A stretch of 64,000 bases of DNA from Oceanospirillaceae bacterium (GTDB taxonomy: Bacteria > Pseudomonadota > Gammaproteobacteria > Pseudomonadales > Balneatricaceae), in contig JBALXS010000016.1 of assembly GCA_036960485.1 (NCBI GenBank), positions 634 to 64,633 of the forward strand, written 5' to 3'. Shown here piece after piece: positions 61,716 to 64,000 of the stretch (the first letter of the stretch is position 1; each line of letters starts with the position of its first letter). Made by a program: the position numbers and the translations under genes. The notes beneath the pieces were generated by a model. It saw only the letters and a program-made list of their open reading frames with translations, had not been told where the DNA came from and ran no database searches.

Positions 61716-62321
61716 ATGAATATTATTTTTGATCTTGGTGGTGTTGTTTTTGATTGGGTACCAGATGCTTTCATTGAATCTGTTTACGATAATCCAGTAG
61801 TACGAGAGCTTGTAAAAAAAGAACTACTGCAGCATTCCGATTGGGTTGAGCTTGATCGAGGAACTTTAGATAAAAGCAGCGCTATAAAGCGCTGTGCGCA
61901 ACGCAGCGGCTTATTTGAATCGCAAGTTGCGCCTTTGCTGGATGCGCTGCCAGATGCATTGTTACCAAAGCTTGATACTGTAAAGCTGATAGAAGATTTA
62001 GCACACATGGGTCATCACCTATATGTGTTATCAAATATGCATAGCGCTGCCAAAGAGCATTTGTTACATCATTATGATTTTTGGCATCATTTTAAAGGCA
62101 AAGTATTTTCGTGTGATATTCAGCAAGTTAAGCCAGATGCTATTATCTTTGAACACATTCTAGCCACTTATAAACTTGACCCACAGCAATCTATCTTCAT
62201 TGATGATATGTATGAAAATGTAGAGGCTGCTGCTAGGTTTGGTATTACGCCACTGCTATTTAAATCTCCTGCCCAATGCAAAGAAGAGCTAGTAAAGCTT
62301 AATTGCCTGCTTCTACATTGA
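61716..62321 (+). CDS. HAD-family phosphatase
   Basis: IIFDLGGV, LSN, KPD..IF, FIDD..ENV. Confidence 0.9.
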   Translation: MNIIFDLGGVVFDWVPDAFIESVYDNPVVRELVKKELLQHSDWVELDRGTLDKSSAIKRCAQRSGLFESQVAPLLDALPDALLPKLDTVKLIEDLAHMGHHLYVLSNMHSAAKEHLLHHYDFWHHFKGKVFSCDIQQVKPDAIIFEHILATYKLDPQQSIFIDDMYENVEAAARFGITPLLFKSPAQCKEELVKLNCLLLH

Positions 62322-62360
62322 AAGGCGTTTAGCCTAACTAAATTCAACCAAGAGACATAC

Positions 62361-63131
62361 ATGACAATTTGTTCTGAAAGCTCGCCCAAAGTTGCGATTG
62401 TAACAGGTGGTAGTCGCGGAATTGGCCTCGCTACTTCGTTACTGTTAGCTCGTCACGGTTATGATTTATGTATTAATTATATTGCCAACGATGATACGGC
62501 AAAAGCTGCTCAAAATTCGGTACATGAGCTTGGTCGTCGTTGCATACTGTATAAAGGTGATATGGCGCAAGAAGAGCAAGTAGTCGCTATGTTCAAGCAG
62601 GTTGATGCTGAATTGGGTGTCGTTACAACATTAGTTAACAATGCTGCACTTATGTTGCCTCAATTAACCATAGAAGAAGTGACACAAGCACGGCTTAATA
62701 AAATGTTTAGTACTAACATCACTAGCTATTTTTTGTGTGCTAGAGAAGCGGTATTACGTATGGCTTTTAAGCATGGAGGGTATGGTGGAAGTATCGTCAA
62801 TGTATCTTCTTTGGCTGCTTTAACAGGCTCGCCAAATGAATACCTCGACTACGCGGCGAGTAAAGGGGCAATTGACACGTTAACACGTGGTTTAGCCAAA
62901 GAAGTGAGCCGAGAGGGCATCAGGGTAAACGGGGTGCGTCCAGGTTTGATTTATACAGATATGCATGCAGATGGAGGTGAGGCTAGCAGGGTTGATAGGG
63001 TAAAGGATAATTTGCCTTTAGGGCGAGGTGGAGAGCCTGAGGAGGTTGCACAAGCCATTTATTGGTTTGTCTCTGAAAACTCTTCTTTTAGTACCGGCGA
63101 TAGCATTAATGTCTCTGGCGGGTTGAATTAG
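62361..63131 (+). CDS. SDR-family oxidoreductase (YgfF-like)
   Basis: VTGGSRGIG, VNNAA, YAASKGAID, VRPGLIYTDMHA. Confidence 0.92.
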   Translation: MTICSESSPKVAIVTGGSRGIGLATSLLLARHGYDLCINYIANDDTAKAAQNSVHELGRRCILYKGDMAQEEQVVAMFKQVDAELGVVTTLVNNAALMLPQLTIEEVTQARLNKMFSTNITSYFLCAREAVLRMAFKHGGYGGSIVNVSSLAALTGSPNEYLDYAASKGAIDTLTRGLAKEVSREGIRVNGVRPGLIYTDMHADGGEASRVDRVKDNLPLGRGGEPEEVAQAIYWFVSENSSFSTGDSINVSGGLN

Positions 63132-63605
63132 CTAGAGTAAATGTTTGTTGCTTAAGCCTGTTAGTGCTAGCTAATAACGCAAGACTAACGCAAGTGATAT
63201 TATTCCCGATTGGTAGGGTAAGTATCAGATACTGTCATCAGAGCTGCCATTGTCTGGATGATTATAATCCGAAAATAACTAATATATGTAAAGTTTCCCG
63301 ATCACCCACATGTATCAGCTAGCTTTAAATAATTATTAGGCATTAGAATGGTATTTACCCGTTTAAACTCCTTACTATCAAGTAGTTCAAGATTGCCTCC
63401 ACATTCGATTCTTATATGGCTACACTCCGCGCTCACTACTCCTTCGAAGCAGGGTAGTTTATCGGAAATGACATGGCTACCTGACTTAATCTGATTTTGA
63501 CTCAATGTACTCAATACCTTTAGAGTTTTAAAGTACTGCAATAATGGTGCTTGGACTCTCAACAGGGTATGAGTATAATGGCGGCCTTCTAAAAAAGGAT
63601 AGATA

Positions 63606-64000
63606 ATGACCGCCCTAGATGAAATTAAACGCTTTCTGCCTTGTGAGACTCCTCAGGCATGGATTGATGTCGCTTTAACGCAGCAATCATTGATGTTGAT
63701 TGATCATGCACACTGTGAAAAAAAAGCAGCCTCTACTGCAATGACATTGATGTTTCGTTATGTGGATAGGCCCGATTTATTGAAGAAAATGTCACGCTTA
63801 GCACGTGAAGAGTTAATTCACTTTGAACAAGTACTGGCACTGATGGAAGATAGAGGCATTGAATATGTACATTTAAATGCTTCACGATACGCAGCAGGGT
63901 TGCGTAAAATTGTTAAAACTCATGAGCCACAAAGGTTGATTGATATTCTAATTATTGGTGCTTTTGTCGAAGCGCGCTCTTGTGAGCGCTTTGCAAAACT
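63606..64000 (+). CDS. miaE: tRNA-(ms2io6A37) hydroxylase, partial (runs off window end)
   Basis: FLPCETPQAW, DHAHCEKKAASTA, LAREEL.HFEQV, IEARSCERF-like VEARSCERF. Confidence 0.95.
   Translation, partial: MTALDEIKRFLPCETPQAWIDVALTQQSLMLIDHAHCEKKAASTAMTLMFRYVDRPDLLKKMSRLAREELIHFEQVLALMEDRGIEYVHLNASRYAAGLRKIVKTHEPQRLIDILIIGAFVEARSCERFAK

Noticed and set aside
63195-63562. Minus-strand ORF 63302-63562 ending ...TCG-TGA with an open frame beyond it; possible selenoprotein given selD
   Set aside because: No convincing SECIS hairpin after the TGA, no selenoprotein family resemblance, and no Sec machinery in the window.

Overview
This is an AT-rich marine-type gammaproteobacterial chromosome segment. 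Its synteny is Oceanospirillales/Pseudomonadales-like, which is inference. Bases 1-3050 look like a decayed integron cassette array on the minus strand, with three small promoterless genes and attC core sites but no intI. The cassette junctions are occupied by a 5' fragment of a group II intron, an (AGTT)n microsatellite, a REP/MITE-like repeat and an IS110 remnant. The rest is mostly housekeeping and metabolic genes in this order: LysR plus a small protein, LexA-boxed dinB, SulP, an AraC-linked short/branched acyl-CoA oxidation operon with etfBA, glpD, fused selD with mnmH, sdhE-ygfX, cls, nadB, rpoE-rseA-rseC-mucD-lepA-lepB-rnc-era-recO-acpS-cysM-relA-mazG, adk-hemH-rlmB, HIT, benE/XRE/PLP aldolase, ycgB-yeaH-yeaG, nhaB, SCP2, sohB, psrA-nagZ, MscS, metA, HAD, SDR and a partial miaE. 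Four observations stand out: the anti-sigma RseA/MucA appears fused to a MucB/RseB C-terminal domain with no separate mucB; a candidate sigmaE-dependent sRNA lies behind nadB; a tandem NrdR-box pair has no ribonucleotide reductase gene nearby; and the attC junctions are occupied by mobile elements. No tRNA, rRNA or CRISPR array was recognised. All family assignments are by eye from motifs, and no database searches were run.
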